The notes beneath the pieces are model-generated. The model ran no database searches and had not been told where the DNA came from. It saw only the letters and a program-made list of their open reading frames with translations. Positions 1 to 10,884 of a DNA stretch of 64,000 bases are shown in pieces. Source of the stretch: an uncultured Actinomycetes bacterium (GTDB lineage Bacteria; SZUA-79; Acidulodesulfobacterales; Acidulodesulfobacteraceae); assembly GCA_964631685.1 (NCBI GenBank), contig CAZVZU010000003.1, positions 158,127 to 222,126 on the forward strand, read 5' to 3'. A program made the translations under genes and the position numbers. Each line of letters opens with the position of its first letter. The stretch's first letter is position 1.

Positions 1-632
1 CCAGTCTTTTTGCCAGCGTCGGTGCCAAGCTTCCGGCCCTTACAATGGATGTGATAGCATTTAGCGACTTCATGAAGTCATACATCTTATATATAATAAT
101 AGCCGGGGCGTTGATTATATTTGCACTAAAGGCTTATCGTAAAAGAGAGAGTGGGAGGAGGAATATAGATCGCCTTATTCTCAAGATACCACTCATAGGT
201 GTTTTACTGAAAAAGGTAGCAATAGCGAGATTCGCAAGAACTTTCTCCACGATGATCGAAAGTGGGGTACCGATATTGGCGGGATTGGATATTGTCTCCA
301 GAACGAGTGGCAATAAGGTAATAGAAGATACTATTATGCAGGCGAAACAAGATGTTTCCGCCGGCGCTACCCTTTCCGTTTCATTAAGTAAAACCGATTT
401 ATTTCCTCCGCTGGTAATACAAATGGTTATGGTTGGCGAAAAGACCGGTAATCTTGATGCAATGCTTACTAAGGTTGCCGATTATTATGATGAAGATGTT
501 GATAACGCTGTCAATAATTTAACCCAAATGTTAGAGCCGGCGCTGATAATATTTCTAGGCGTAGTTGTGGGAACATTAGTTGTTGCTATGTATCTGCCTA
601 TATTTAACTTGGGGCAAGCTATTAAGGGGTAA
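1..632 (+). CDS. pilC: Type IV pilus inner-membrane platform protein PilC (T2SS F family), 5'-truncated by window edge
   Basis: C-terminal GspF repeat motifs (ARFARTFSTMIESGVPIL, GEKTGNLDAML, LEPALIIFLGVVVG..MYLPIF); frame open to window start; precedes pilS/pilR. Confidence 0.92.
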   Translation, partial: SLFASVGAKLPALTMDVIAFSDFMKSYILYIIIAGALIIFALKAYRKRESGRRNIDRLILKIPLIGVLLKKVAIARFARTFSTMIESGVPILAGLDIVSRTSGNKVIEDTIMQAKQDVSAGATLSVSLSKTDLFPPLVIQMVMVGEKTGNLDAMLTKVADYYDEDVDNAVNNLTQMLEPALIIFLGVVVGTLVVAMYLPIFNLGQAIKG

Positions 633-738
633 CTAATGATTTTAGCATTAACATACGACACCTTATTGGGTTTTCGGATAGTTACCGACGGTAACGGTGC
701 TACGTATTAAATGATATTTTATATCGAGGTGAGCTTCT

Positions 739-2535
739 CTGAACTTACGTTTCACTGAATTTAGTTTTAGTTCAACCATAGATGATTATGAGAATATTTA
801 TGGAAAACTTAGGTTCATAATAATCTTTAGACCGCTTATTTTTTCCGTTATAATACTCGTATATATTTTAACCCGCCTTAACGAGATATATGGTTATGAA
901 AATTTTGTCTACTTTTTGTTGGCTTTTCTGATATTTATATCTTTTTTGTACATTGTCATACTCCAATATATAAAAACAAGAGAGGTCACAAATGAAAGCC
1001 GAGACAATCGAGTTTTAAAATATTTCGGTTTCATCCAGCTTTTCATCGATTTTACTCTCATATCAGTAGTAATATTATTCAACGGAGGATTGGGCAGTAA
1101 ATTAATTTTTTTATATTACCCACTAATATTAATAGGCGGATTTGTTTTTCTAAGGACAGGTGCATTGGTTTTTTCTGTAGCATCGTCCGTGGCCATCGGT
1201 TTATTGGCAGATTTGCAGTATTATTTTAATTTTGGTTATCATCCCTTTTTCTTGTCCAATCCAGATAAATTGCTCTTTTTGGCAAGCATTAATATACTGG
1301 GCGTTCTGATATTCGGTTCACTCTTGTATCACTTTTCGGGGGGCATGAGGGTTTTAAGCGAGAAGATGGTTGAGATGGATAAATTAATGAAAAATTCACA
1401 AAATTTCAACAAGGAGTTAATGAACAGTTTTTCGCAAGGGGTTATTGTTCTTGACGGTAATTACAATGTTGTATTTATAAATAAAGAGGCTGTCAATATC
1501 TTAGATTTACAACGTTTTAATAGAGCATTTATCAATAAAGCTGGTGTTTTATTTAATTTTAATCTTGACATAAGGGATATTTTGAATAATTTTCCAATTA
1601 ATATTCTTGGCGGAGTCAATAAAAAACATGATGTTCAATATGAAAATAAACATAATGGACTAAAAAGGTTCGAGATAAAGCATCAAGGCATGATTTTAGG
1701 TTTTTCTCATGCCGAATTTATTTATTACAAAGGTTTTCCTGGAAAATTTATGCTCTTTTTTAGAGATATAACCTTTATCAAGCAAATGGAGATTGAATCA
1801 AAGATTAATGAAGGTTTAATGACAGCAGGCAAGTTTGCGGGATGGTTGGCCCATGAGGTCAGGAATCCCCTTTTAGCAATAAATACATCGGCAGATATTT
1901 TAAATTCACAAAATTTAGATTATGATAGCGATGATTATAAGAAATTAACCGGTATCATAAGAACGGAATCACTAAGATTAGACAATTTGGTTAACGATTT
2001 TTTGAGTTTTGCAAAGATAAAATCAACTAGCATCAATTATAATAAAAATAATTATGAAAGTTTTAATCTTTTTGAGATGGTCGATGACATAATATTAAGT
2101 TTTCCAGAGCAGTCAAAAGACGGTTCGAGTGATACAATAAAAATAAATATATGTAATAGACTAGACCCTAATAGGAATATCTTTTCAGAAAAATATAGGA
2201 TTCACCAGGTTCTTCTTAATATTTTACAAAATTCCGTACAGTCGTTACGAGGTAGAAATATTAAAAGTCATGCCGGTATTATAAGAATTGCCTCAAAAAT
2301 AATGAAAGATGGGAGCGGAAAAGAATGGCTCTTAGTATCTATTTTCGACAATGGGGAAGGGATGGACGAATTTACCCTAAAAAATATATTCAAGCCTCTT
2401 TTTACCACGAAAGAAAATGGGATCGGACTTGGATTGCCTATCGTTTATTCAATATTGGAAAATCTCGGTGGGGAGATAAGGGTGCAGAGTAGGATTAATA
2501 CGGGAACATTAATCAAGATAAGCTTACCTATCTAA
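739..2535 (+). CDS. pilS: Membrane sensor histidine kinase PilS-like; probable CTG start at 739 (ORF track start 916)
   Basis: H-box LAHEVRNPL, N-box NILQNS, G1/G2 DNGEG and GIGLGL; N-terminal TM helices; frame open from 733 with GAGGTGA SD 6 nt before CTG739; lies between pilC and an NtrC-type regulator. Confidence 0.8.
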   Translation: MNLRFTEFSFSSTIDDYENIYGKLRFIIIFRPLIFSVIILVYILTRLNEIYGYENFVYFLLAFLIFISFLYIVILQYIKTREVTNESRDNRVLKYFGFIQLFIDFTLISVVILFNGGLGSKLIFLYYPLILIGGFVFLRTGALVFSVASSVAIGLLADLQYYFNFGYHPFFLSNPDKLLFLASINILGVLIFGSLLYHFSGGMRVLSEKMVEMDKLMKNSQNFNKELMNSFSQGVIVLDGNYNVVFINKEAVNILDLQRFNRAFINKAGVLFNFNLDIRDILNNFPINILGGVNKKHDVQYENKHNGLKRFEIKHQGMILGFSHAEFIYYKGFPGKFMLFFRDITFIKQMEIESKINEGLMTAGKFAGWLAHEVRNPLLAINTSADILNSQNLDYDSDDYKKLTGIIRTESLRLDNLVNDFLSFAKIKSTSINYNKNNYESFNLFEMVDDIILSFPEQSKDGSSDTIKINICNRLDPNRNIFSEKYRIHQVLLNILQNSVQSLRGRNIKSHAGIIRIASKIMKDGSGKEWLLVSIFDNGEGMDEFTLKNIFKPLFTTKENGIGLGLPIVYSILENLGGEIRVQSRINTGTLIKISLPI

Positions 2536-2550
2536 AAATTATTAGGAGAT

Positions 2551-4053
2551 ATGAATAAGTATATTATAGATACTCACGATTTAAAGAAAAAGATACTCCT
2601 CATAGACGATGAAATGTCTATACTGGATTCTCTTAAGATATTACTTACCATTGAAGGATACGATGTTACCATTTCCAAGAGTGTTAATAATGCCATAAAA
2701 CTCATGGATGCAACAAATTTTAATCTCATCGTTTCCGATATAAGAATGCCAGAGATGTCGGGATTTGAGTTTGTCGAATTTTTTAAAAAAGAGAGGAGAG
2801 GTTTAAATTCAAAACTGTTACCTATCATATTAATGACGGCTTACTCTGATGTTAAAGCAGGGGTAGAGGCTATCAAGCAAGGAGTTTTTGATTACATAAC
2901 CAAGCCATTTGATAATGAAGAATTTAAAATTACGATTAGAAGGGCTATAGACTATTTTAGGGTTTTTGAGGATTTAAATGCTATAAAAAGTGCTGAAATA
3001 ATAAAAGGGGGCATAAAAGGGGAGTCTAGAATTATAAAAAATATCTTAAATGATATAGCTAGTGTTTCTTTGAATTTTAATACTATTCTCATTACCGGAG
3101 AATCCGGTACAGGAAAAGAATTAGCCGCAAGGTTGATTTACGATATTTATTCCAGGGGTTCTGATAATCAAAAAGTTGTAGCGAGAACCTCGCTTGCTAA
3201 AAGGGATATGCCATTTGTTCCTGTAAATTTATCGGCTATTCCAGAAAATCTCTTGGAAAGCGAATTATTTGGCTATGCCAAAGGTGCATTCACGGGTGCA
3301 GAGACGAATAAAATGGGGCTCATACAATATGCTGATGGAGGCATCCTTTTTCTTGATGAAATAGGAGATTTATCGTTGTCGTTGCAGATAAAACTATTAA
3401 GGGTTTTGCAAGAGAAGTCCTACAGAAAATTGGGATCCAACAAGGAAGAATTTATGAATGCAAAAATAATTGCTGCCACAAATAAAGATTTAGAGTCATT
3501 GGTTGCCTCAGGTAAATTTAGAGGAGACTTATATTTTAGGCTAAATAGGGTCAATATAACAATGCCACCGTTAAGGGAACACAAGGAAGATATTCCTATT
3601 TTAACATCATATTTTATAAAAAAGTTTTCAAAATCAATAAAATCAATCTCTCCGATGGCAATGTCGTTACTTGTGAATTATGATTATCGAGGCAATGTGA
3701 GAGAACTTGAAAATATTATAGAAAGGGCATGTATTTATTGCGAAGGCTATGATAAAACCGGTTTATTAAAGGAAATAAATGAAAATTGCCTTCCTGGCTA
3801 TATTTTCAAGAAGGACGACAATAAAAAAGCAGATATCAGTTTTGAAGGAGATTATTATGAAAAAATAATAGAAATATTTAACCGACTTAATAGCGAAAAA
3901 AAAATATCGCTGCAGGATTTTATTAGGATTATCGAAAAAATTATCGTAGAAAACCGGATAAAAGAAAACAATTCTAAATTGGATGCTGCGAAAAGTCTAG
4001 GTTTATCCCTGAGGTCTTTAAGATACATATTGTCAAAAGAGGATCAGAGATGA
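2551..4053 (+). CDS. pilR: Sigma-54-dependent response regulator (NtrC family, PilR-like)
   Basis: Receiver domain (LLIDDE, DIRMP), Walker A GESGTGKE, GAFTGA, FLDEIG, C-terminal Fis-type HTH; SD AGGAG. Confidence 0.85.
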   Translation: MNKYIIDTHDLKKKILLIDDEMSILDSLKILLTIEGYDVTISKSVNNAIKLMDATNFNLIVSDIRMPEMSGFEFVEFFKKERRGLNSKLLPIILMTAYSDVKAGVEAIKQGVFDYITKPFDNEEFKITIRRAIDYFRVFEDLNAIKSAEIIKGGIKGESRIIKNILNDIASVSLNFNTILITGESGTGKELAARLIYDIYSRGSDNQKVVARTSLAKRDMPFVPVNLSAIPENLLESELFGYAKGAFTGAETNKMGLIQYADGGILFLDEIGDLSLSLQIKLLRVLQEKSYRKLGSNKEEFMNAKIIAATNKDLESLVASGKFRGDLYFRLNRVNITMPPLREHKEDIPILTSYFIKKFSKSIKSISPMAMSLLVNYDYRGNVRELENIIERACIYCEGYDKTGLLKEINENCLPGYIFKKDDNKKADISFEGDYYEKIIEIFNRLNSEKKISLQDFIRIIEKIIVENRIKENNSKLDAAKSLGLSLRSLRYILSKEDQR

Positions 4054-4862
4054 ACTATCTGTTTGTTATTGAATACAACGGGTTAAATTATAACGGTTGG
4101 CAAAGTCAAAATAATCCTGAAAAATCAAGGAGAGTTAAGACTATAGAAAATGAGCTCTTAAGGGCTATTAGTATCGTGACAAAATTTAATACAAGGTTTT
4201 TTGTTTCGGGAAGGACCGATGCCGGTGTCCATGCCGTGAACCAAGTCGCAAATTGTAGTCTTCCTTTTTATTACGACACGCTCAAATTAAAGGCATCGTT
4301 AAATGGTATTCTTCCGCTTGAGATATCCATAAAAAATATAGAGATTATACACGATTTATTTCATGCGACCTATGATACTATTTCCAAAATATATCTATAC
4401 AAAATCAACTCGGGGTTTAAGAGCTCATTGTTATTAGGCTATACTTGGTTCGTAAAGGAAAAATTAAATTTAAAACTAATGGATGAAGCCGCAAATGTTT
4501 TTGTCGGCAAACATAACTTTATTAATTTTACCAAGAAGGAGAAAGAAAAATATTCGGCTAACTATTACAGGACAATTAAGGATATAGGTATATATAAAAA
4601 AAGCTATGGATTTGATATTTTTGTTGAGGGTGAGGGTTTTTTAAGGCACATGGTTAGAAGAATTGTGGGGGCCATTGTCTCATGCGGAAGTGGAAAGATA
4701 CGCGTTGAATACATAATGAGTATGCTTGATGAAATAAATTTGACGTCAAACATAAGCTCAGCGAACAAACAGCCCAGTGCAGGTCACTTTAATTTACTCT
4801 GCGCTCCGCCCAATGGACTTTTTTTATATTCGGTAAAGTATAGACATAAAAATTATTCTTGA
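4050..4862 (+). CDS. truA: tRNA pseudouridine(38-40) synthase
   Basis: YNGWQ, GRTDAGVHA, GFLRHMVRRIVG, APPNGLFL motifs. Confidence 0.95.
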   Translation: MNYLFVIEYNGLNYNGWQSQNNPEKSRRVKTIENELLRAISIVTKFNTRFFVSGRTDAGVHAVNQVANCSLPFYYDTLKLKASLNGILPLEISIKNIEIIHDLFHATYDTISKIYLYKINSGFKSSLLLGYTWFVKEKLNLKLMDEAANVFVGKHNFINFTKKEKEKYSANYYRTIKDIGIYKKSYGFDIFVEGEGFLRHMVRRIVGAIVSCGSGKIRVEYIMSMLDEINLTSNISSANKQPSAGHFNLLCAPPNGLFLYSVKYRHKNYS

Positions 4863-4955
4863 TATTTTATTAAATTTTATTTATAATTGCGGAGATAGGT
4901 ATATAAGAATTTTTGTAATTTGTTTTGTTTGTATATTTTACTATTTTTTTTATAT

Positions 4956-4986
4956 AAAAGTGGGTTTTGCCCGCTTTTTTTATTTT
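4956..4986 (+). promoter_or_regulatory. Hairpin plus U-tract in the rimP leader (putative attenuator/terminator)
   Basis: AAAAGTGGG-TTTTG-CCCGCTTTT followed by T-rich tract immediately before rimP ATG4987. Confidence 0.6.
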
Positions 4987-5472
4987 ATGCACGATAGTTT
5001 GATAAAAGACATAGAGAAGGTTACGGAAGATATTGCACAGTGCTACGGGTGTTATCTTGTCGGCGCTATATTTTCTTCTGCAGCTGCGGGCGGCGGAGTG
5101 GCTTTAAGGGTTTATATTGATGCGGAGGGTGGTATTAATATATCTCAGTTGTCCAATATATCCAGAGAATTAAATATGATACTGGACGTTAAAGAGTTAA
5201 TAAAATTTAAATATACTCTTGAGGTTTCGTCCCCGGGTATCAATAGGATTATTTTAAAGTTTAACGATTATAAGAAATATAAAGGAAAAAGGGTGAAAGT
5301 ATCCCTACGAAAAAAGATTAACGGAAGGATTAACTTAATCGGGGAGATACTCGATACGGAAGACGATAGTGGAAATAATAGCCCCGGTATAAAAATATTT
5401 GACGAAATAGAGCATAGAATCAGGGTTATTTCTTTTTTTCAAATTAAAAAAGGGAATTTGTTGGTTATATAA
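4987..5472 (+). CDS. rimP: Ribosome maturation factor RimP
   Basis: LRVYID, YTLEVSSPGINR motif; first gene of the nusA-infB operon; ATG4987 preferred to GTG4960, which lies within the hairpin. Confidence 0.9.
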   Translation: MHDSLIKDIEKVTEDIAQCYGCYLVGAIFSSAAAGGGVALRVYIDAEGGINISQLSNISRELNMILDVKELIKFKYTLEVSSPGINRIILKFNDYKKYKGKRVKVSLRKKINGRINLIGEILDTEDDSGNNSPGIKIFDEIEHRIRVISFFQIKKGNLLVI

Positions 5473-5514
5473 ATTTAATTATTTTAATATTTAAAATATT
5501 TAAGGAGTATAGAA

Positions 5515-6810
5515 GTGTCCCAACTTGTTATAAAAGACCTTAGTATGGTGATAAACCAGGTCTCTAAAGATAAAAATATTGAACGCTCTTTGGTTATAGA
5601 TGCGTTAGAACAGGCGGTGTTAACTATTGCCAGAAAAAATTTGGGCATAGGATATGACCTAGAGGCGCATTACAATGAAGAAACAGGTGAGATTGAGATA
5701 TTTATGTTTAAGCAGGTCGTGGAAGATGTTCAGAACTCTAAAACGGAGATATCTATTGAAGATGCGATTGCAGATGATTCGGATGCTATCGTCGGAGACA
5801 GCCTTGGTCTAAAGGTGGAAAAAAATATTTATGGCAGAATAGAGGCGCAGGTCGCAAAACAGGTTATCTTTCAAAAAATAAAGGAGATAGAACATAAAAA
5901 TATTTTCGATGAGTTCAATGAACGAAAAGGTGAAATTGTTAGCGGTCTTGTTAGAAAGATTGAAAGATCGGTGATAGTAATTGATCTAGGAAAGACAGAG
6001 GCCATTTTAACAAAACAGGAGCAAATACATAACGAAATATATAAACCTAATGACAGAATAAGGGCTGTATTATCAAATATAAAGATGGAAAAAGGAGGCC
6101 CTAAGCTTATTCTTTCCCGTACTTCCGATGATTTTTTAATTAAACTTTTCGAGTTGGAAGTGCCGGAGATATATGATGGCATCGTTAAAATTGCTAGGGT
6201 TGCCAGGGCACCGGGATTTAGATCTAAAATCGCTGTTTATTCTTCAGATAGGGATGTTGATCCGGTTGGTGCGTGCGTCGGAGTAAAGGGATTTAGGATA
6301 CAGAGCATAATAAGCGAACTTAGAGGGGAAAAGATTGATATTATACCTTATTCCGATAGTCCTGCAAAATTAGTTGTAAATGCACTAAGCCCTGCGGAAG
6401 TATCTAGGGTTGCTATTAATGAGGATACAAAAACGATAACGGTTATAGTGCCTGACGACCAGCTTGCAATGTCAATTGGAAAGCAGGGGCAAAACGTTAG
6501 GCTTGCAACAAAAATTATGGATTACAAGATAGATATCAGTAGCGAATCTAAGGCCGATAAAAAAGACCAAGTGGCGTATAATACTTTTATGGATATACCG
6601 GGAGTGGGAGATATTATTGCAAAACTTTTGTATCAGAACGGTTATACCTCTGTTGAGGATATATCGAACGCTTCCGCTGAAGAATTATCCAAGGATATTT
6701 CTGTGGATGCAAAGAAGGCTGAAAACATTATAAGTTCGGCAAGCGAGTTTCTTAGTAGAGTAAAATCAGATATGGAACTTAAAGAAAAGATAGACAAAGA
6801 AATTAATTAA
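5515..6810 (+). CDS. nusA: Transcription termination/antitermination factor NusA
   Basis: GRIEAQVAKQVI, S1 and KH domains (DPVGACVG, IGKQGQNVRLA), C-terminal HhH; SD AAGGAG. Confidence 0.97.
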   Translation: MSQLVIKDLSMVINQVSKDKNIERSLVIDALEQAVLTIARKNLGIGYDLEAHYNEETGEIEIFMFKQVVEDVQNSKTEISIEDAIADDSDAIVGDSLGLKVEKNIYGRIEAQVAKQVIFQKIKEIEHKNIFDEFNERKGEIVSGLVRKIERSVIVIDLGKTEAILTKQEQIHNEIYKPNDRIRAVLSNIKMEKGGPKLILSRTSDDFLIKLFELEVPEIYDGIVKIARVARAPGFRSKIAVYSSDRDVDPVGACVGVKGFRIQSIISELRGEKIDIIPYSDSPAKLVVNALSPAEVSRVAINEDTKTITVIVPDDQLAMSIGKQGQNVRLATKIMDYKIDISSESKADKKDQVAYNTFMDIPGVGDIIAKLLYQNGYTSVEDISNASAEELSKDISVDAKKAENIISSASEFLSRVKSDMELKEKIDKEIN

Positions 6811-6817
6811 AAATATT

Positions 6818-9211
6818 ATGGATACAAGGGATTCTGCCATGATGGAAGAGAAAAGGATATCGAAAGGTGTTATAAGAAGAAGAGCGTCTAAAATAGAAAA
6901 GACGGACAATACGTCTACATCTATTTCGTCTGCAGTTTCGGCGGAACCTAAAAAAACCGAAGCAGGCGTGCAAGAATCCCAGTCTCAAGTTGAAAATATC
7001 ATTAAACTTAAGTCTACAGAGGAGTCCGCTACCGTAGGTGGGCTTGATAAAAATAATATTTCGGAGCAAAGCATAAAGACGAAGAAGCTTGCTGATGAAA
7101 ATGTAGCGATTTCTAAGAACAACATAGAAAATAAGGAAGGTAAAAAGAAGCAGGATGGCACAGGTGACGTGTTAAGTGTTGTAAGCACCATTAATAAAAA
7201 TAAATTATCAAAGATAAATGAAGAAGATTCAAAAAATAAAACTTTCCCTAAACCCGCAGGCAAGAAGAATGAATTTAAAAAAACTTCATCTGCCAAACAC
7301 AATAAAACGGGCAAGTTCATAAATACATCGGGGGATAACGAAAATTCTGCGTATAGAAGGCATAAGAGGAAATTTAGGTCAGGTAAAATTGCCAAGCGTA
7401 CTTCACGCCCTCAGCTTGTTGTACCTGAGAAAAAGGCTTCCAAAAGGGTTATAAGGATAAATAGTGGTATAACTGTTAATAATTTGTCGCAGGCGTTGGG
7501 TGTCAAAGCGTCAGAGGTTATTTTGAAACTGATGGATATTGGTATTATAGCGACAATGAACCAGGTCGTAGATATAGATACAGCATCACTTATCGCAACG
7601 GAATATAATTATCTCGTTGAAAATGTTAGCTTTAATGAGACATTAAAGCTTGTAGAATTGCCCGATTCCCAAGAATCACTTGTACATAGAGCCCCTGTCG
7701 TTACTGTTATGGGGCATGTCGATCATGGCAAAACATCTTTATTGGATGCCGTCAGGAAGACAAGTGTAACATCAAACGAAGCGGGAGGAATAACTCAGCA
7801 TATCGGTGCATATAGCGTTAAAGTTAATGATTCTACCGTAACATTTCTAGATACTCCCGGCCATGAGGCATTTACCGAGATGAGGGCAAGAGGTGCGGGT
7901 ATGACCGATATTGTCGTTCTCGTTGTCGCTGCTGACGATGGCGTTATGCCGCAAACCATTGAAGCCATAAATCATGCCAAGGCCGCTAATGTTCCCGTGA
8001 TAGTGGCAATTAATAAAATAGATAAACCGGGCGCAAATCCTGCTAAAATAAAAAGTAACCTAATGGAATTCGGTCTTGTTCCTGAAGATTTAGGAGGAAC
8101 AACTCTTTATGCGAATGTTTCCGCCAAAACAGGGCAAGGATTAAAAGAGCTTCTTGAGCTTATAATACTTCAGTCAGAAATTTTGGAGTTAAAGGCAAAT
8201 CCCAATAAACTGGCGAGAGGAACCGTCGTTGAGGCAAAACTAGATAAAGGAAGAGGTCCGGTCGTCACCGTTTTAGTGCAAAGTGGCACTATAAATATAA
8301 ATGATAGCGCTGTATGCGGTTTATATAACGTTAAAGTTAGGGCTATGGTGGATTATATGGGAAATAAGATTCTAAAAGCAGGACCTTCTACCCCCATCGA
8401 AATATTCGGTCTTGGGGGCGTCCCGTCGGCAGGGGATAATTTTATTGTTTTAAAAGATGAAAAAGAAGCGAAAAGGATTAGTGTGGAAAGGCAATTAAAA
8501 CATAGAGAGTCCGAGTTAAGTTCTAACGCAAAAGTTACGCTGGAGGGGCTATATTTAAAGATAAAATCAGGCGGTATAGAAGAGTTAAAACTAATTGTCA
8601 AGACAGATGTCTATGGTTCCATGGAGGCGTTAATCCAATCTTTTAATAAACTTTCAACTTCCAAGGTTAAGGTTAATATTATTCACAACGGTGCGGCGGC
8701 AATTACCGAAAGTGATGTTATGCTTGCGAAGGCTACGAACTCCATAATAATAGCATTTAATGTTCGCCCAGAGTCTAAGGCATTGACTCTAAGCGAACAT
8801 GAGGGTGTAGAAATAAGATACTATAATGTAATTTATGATGCAGTTAAGGATGTTAAGGATGCCATGGAAGGACTTCTTGCGCCTATTGAAAAAGAGAATA
8901 TAACCGGAAAGGCGGAGGTTAGGGATGTATTTAATGTTCCAAAATCAGGGGCGATAGCCGGCGCTTTTGTATTAAGCGGAACAATTAAAAGGGCTTCAAG
9001 CGCTAGGCTTCTAAGAGATAATGTTATAATTTACAGTGGGCATGTAGATTCGCTTAGGCGATTTAAGGAAGACGCCAAAGAGGTTCAGACCAATTACGAG
9101 TGCGGAATACTTTTGGAAAATTTTAATGACATAAAGGTTGGAGACATAATTGAGACTTATGAAATTGAGTATATCAAGCAAATCCTTAATTCTTCTACTG
9201 ACGAAGCGTAG
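6818..9211 (+). CDS. infB: Translation initiation factor IF-2
   Basis: [34 protein letters not shown] motifs. Confidence 0.98.
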   Translation: MDTRDSAMMEEKRISKGVIRRRASKIEKTDNTSTSISSAVSAEPKKTEAGVQESQSQVENIIKLKSTEESATVGGLDKNNISEQSIKTKKLADENVAISKNNIENKEGKKKQDGTGDVLSVVSTINKNKLSKINEEDSKNKTFPKPAGKKNEFKKTSSAKHNKTGKFINTSGDNENSAYRRHKRKFRSGKIAKRTSRPQLVVPEKKASKRVIRINSGITVNNLSQALGVKASEVILKLMDIGIIATMNQVVDIDTASLIATEYNYLVENVSFNETLKLVELPDSQESLVHRAPVVTVMGHVDHGKTSLLDAVRKTSVTSNEAGGITQHIGAYSVKVNDSTVTFLDTPGHEAFTEMRARGAGMTDIVVLVVAADDGVMPQTIEAINHAKAANVPVIVAINKIDKPGANPAKIKSNLMEFGLVPEDLGGTTLYANVSAKTGQGLKELLELIILQSEILELKANPNKLARGTVVEAKLDKGRGPVVTVLVQSGTININDSAVCGLYNVKVRAMVDYMGNKILKAGPSTPIEIFGLGGVPSAGDNFIVLKDEKEAKRISVERQLKHRESELSSNAKVTLEGLYLKIKSGGIEELKLIVKTDVYGSMEALIQSFNKLSTSKVKVNIIHNGAAAITESDVMLAKATNSIIIAFNVRPESKALTLSEHEGVEIRYYNVIYDAVKDVKDAMEGLLAPIEKENITGKAEVRDVFNVPKSGAIAGAFVLSGTIKRASSARLLRDNVIIYSGHVDSLRRFKEDAKEVQTNYECGILLENFNDIKVGDIIETYEIEYIKQILNSSTDEA

Positions 9212-9235
9212 AGGACGGGGGGGCGGACAAATAAA

Positions 9236-9604
9236 TTGATAGAGAGAAATAGACGGGTAGGCGAACTTATTGCTAGAGAGGTGTCGTTAACACTTCAATT
9301 TAAAGTAAATGATAACAGATTGAAAAATGTTACGATAATAGGCGCGGAGTCTACTAGGGACCTAAAGTTTTGTAAGATATTTTTTAGCGTTATCGGTCCG
9401 GAAAAAGAAATCAAAAAAGCCATAAGCGGATTCAAAAGTTCTAAAAATTTTATAAAAAAAGAGGTATTTTCTAAGATACTCTTAAGAGCCGTTCCTGAGA
9501 TTGCATTTGAATATTATGACGGATTACAGAGGTCTTCCAAAATTAATAGGATAATAAACGAATATGGTGCGCTCAACAATGTTTCGCATCGGCTCAAAGA
9601 TTAA
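9236..9604 (+). CDS. rbfA: Ribosome-binding factor A
   Basis: RNRRVGELIAREVS, TRDLKFCKIF, LRAVPEIAF; position after infB. Confidence 0.9.
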   Translation: MIERNRRVGELIAREVSLTLQFKVNDNRLKNVTIIGAESTRDLKFCKIFFSVIGPEKEIKKAISGFKSSKNFIKKEVFSKILLRAVPEIAFEYYDGLQRSSKINRIINEYGALNNVSHRLKD

Positions 9605-9642
9605 ATACAATAATAATAAACATATATGTTATATAGAAAAAT

Positions 9643-10767
9643 ATGGTTAATAAAATGAAAGAGTACTCCGATGTTGATTTAATAGATTTAAGAAATTCAA
9701 CGAGCGATATACTTCATGCGATGGAGTCGTCCAAGAATGTCCTTATAGTAACTCATGAAAATCCTGAAGGTGATGCTATAGGTTCTGCCGTTGCTTCAGC
9801 TTTATTTTTGAGCTCATTAGGAAAAAATGTATACATTTACGACAAAGATACTATCCCTAATAACTTGAAATTTTTGCCGTGGACAGGAAAAATATTAAAT
9901 GAATTTCCTAAGGAGTCCATTGATTTACTGGTTGTGGTAGATTGCGGAGAGTTTTCCAGGGTTGGTGCAAATTTTGAATATCTTTCAGACATAGACAAGA
10001 TAATAAATATAGACCATCATTTTACCAATGCCCATTTCGGACATTTAAATCTTGTATTGCCCGATGCGAGTTCTACAGGAGAGGTTCTTTTTTACTTATT
10101 TTTATCTTCAGGGGCTCATGAAAACAAAGTTTCTTATTCACCCTATGATGGTTTTTTAACCAGAAAGTTTGGCGAACCGTTGTCTTGCGATTTAGACACA
10201 AGGAAGAAAATTTTGTCAAAGATAGATGACAAAATTGCATTAGCGCTATATACATCTATCTTGACCGATACTGGTTCATTTCATTATTCTTCGGCAAATA
10301 AAAGGTCTTTTTATATATGTTCCGTATTAAATGAATACAATATAGATCCGGCGAGTATTGCAACAGAACTTTTTGAAACGAAACCTGCAGAGATGTACAC
10401 TTTGCTTGGAAAGAGCCTGAGTACCCTTGAATTCACTTTAGGCGGCAAAGTATCTTCAATGGTTGGAACGAAAAAAATGGTTAACGATATTATAGAAAGG
10501 ATGGATGGAAAAAGGATTAACGGATTATATGAAAATTTCGTAAATTATCCAAGATCGGTTCAAGGTGTGGAGATAGCGATATTTTTCAGGGAGGTATCCT
10601 TTAATGAATATCGGTTAAATTTTAGGTCCAAGAGTTATGCGAATGTCGCGAAGATTGCTGAGAAGTTTGGCGGCGGCGGGCATAAGTTTGCTGCAGGATG
10701 CAGTGTCAGTGGTGAATTGAGCGAAATTAAAAAAGAAGTGTATCAATATTGCAAAGAGGTTATATAA
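9643..10767 (+). CDS. nrnA: DHH/DHHA1 bifunctional oligoribonuclease/PAP phosphatase
   Basis: HENPEGDAIGS, VVDCG, NIDHH, TDTGSF, GGGGHKFAAG; rbfA-nrnA-truB synteny. Confidence 0.88.
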   Translation: MVNKMKEYSDVDLIDLRNSTSDILHAMESSKNVLIVTHENPEGDAIGSAVASALFLSSLGKNVYIYDKDTIPNNLKFLPWTGKILNEFPKESIDLLVVVDCGEFSRVGANFEYLSDIDKIINIDHHFTNAHFGHLNLVLPDASSTGEVLFYLFLSSGAHENKVSYSPYDGFLTRKFGEPLSCDLDTRKKILSKIDDKIALALYTSILTDTGSFHYSSANKRSFYICSVLNEYNIDPASIATELFETKPAEMYTLLGKSLSTLEFTLGGKVSSMVGTKKMVNDIIERMDGKRINGLYENFVNYPRSVQGVEIAIFFREVSFNEYRLNFRSKSYANVAKIAEKFGGGGHKFAAGCSVSGELSEIKKEVYQYCKEVI

Positions 10768-10884
10768 GTAGAGTGTGATTGTCTTTATCCACTTAGGCGG
10801 GTAAATGTTAAAATGGTTCCGTATACCGGGTAATATTTGTATTTTTGGTGTAGAAGTGGCAATTTAAATAAAGCTTAAAAAAGC

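Noticed and set aside
681..695. Small inverted repeat GTTACC-GAC-GGTAAC between pilC and pilS
   Set aside because: Only a 6-bp stem with no U-tract; cannot assign a function
9217..9223. G7 run between infB and rbfA
   Set aside because: Too short for credible phase variation; likely part of the RBS region
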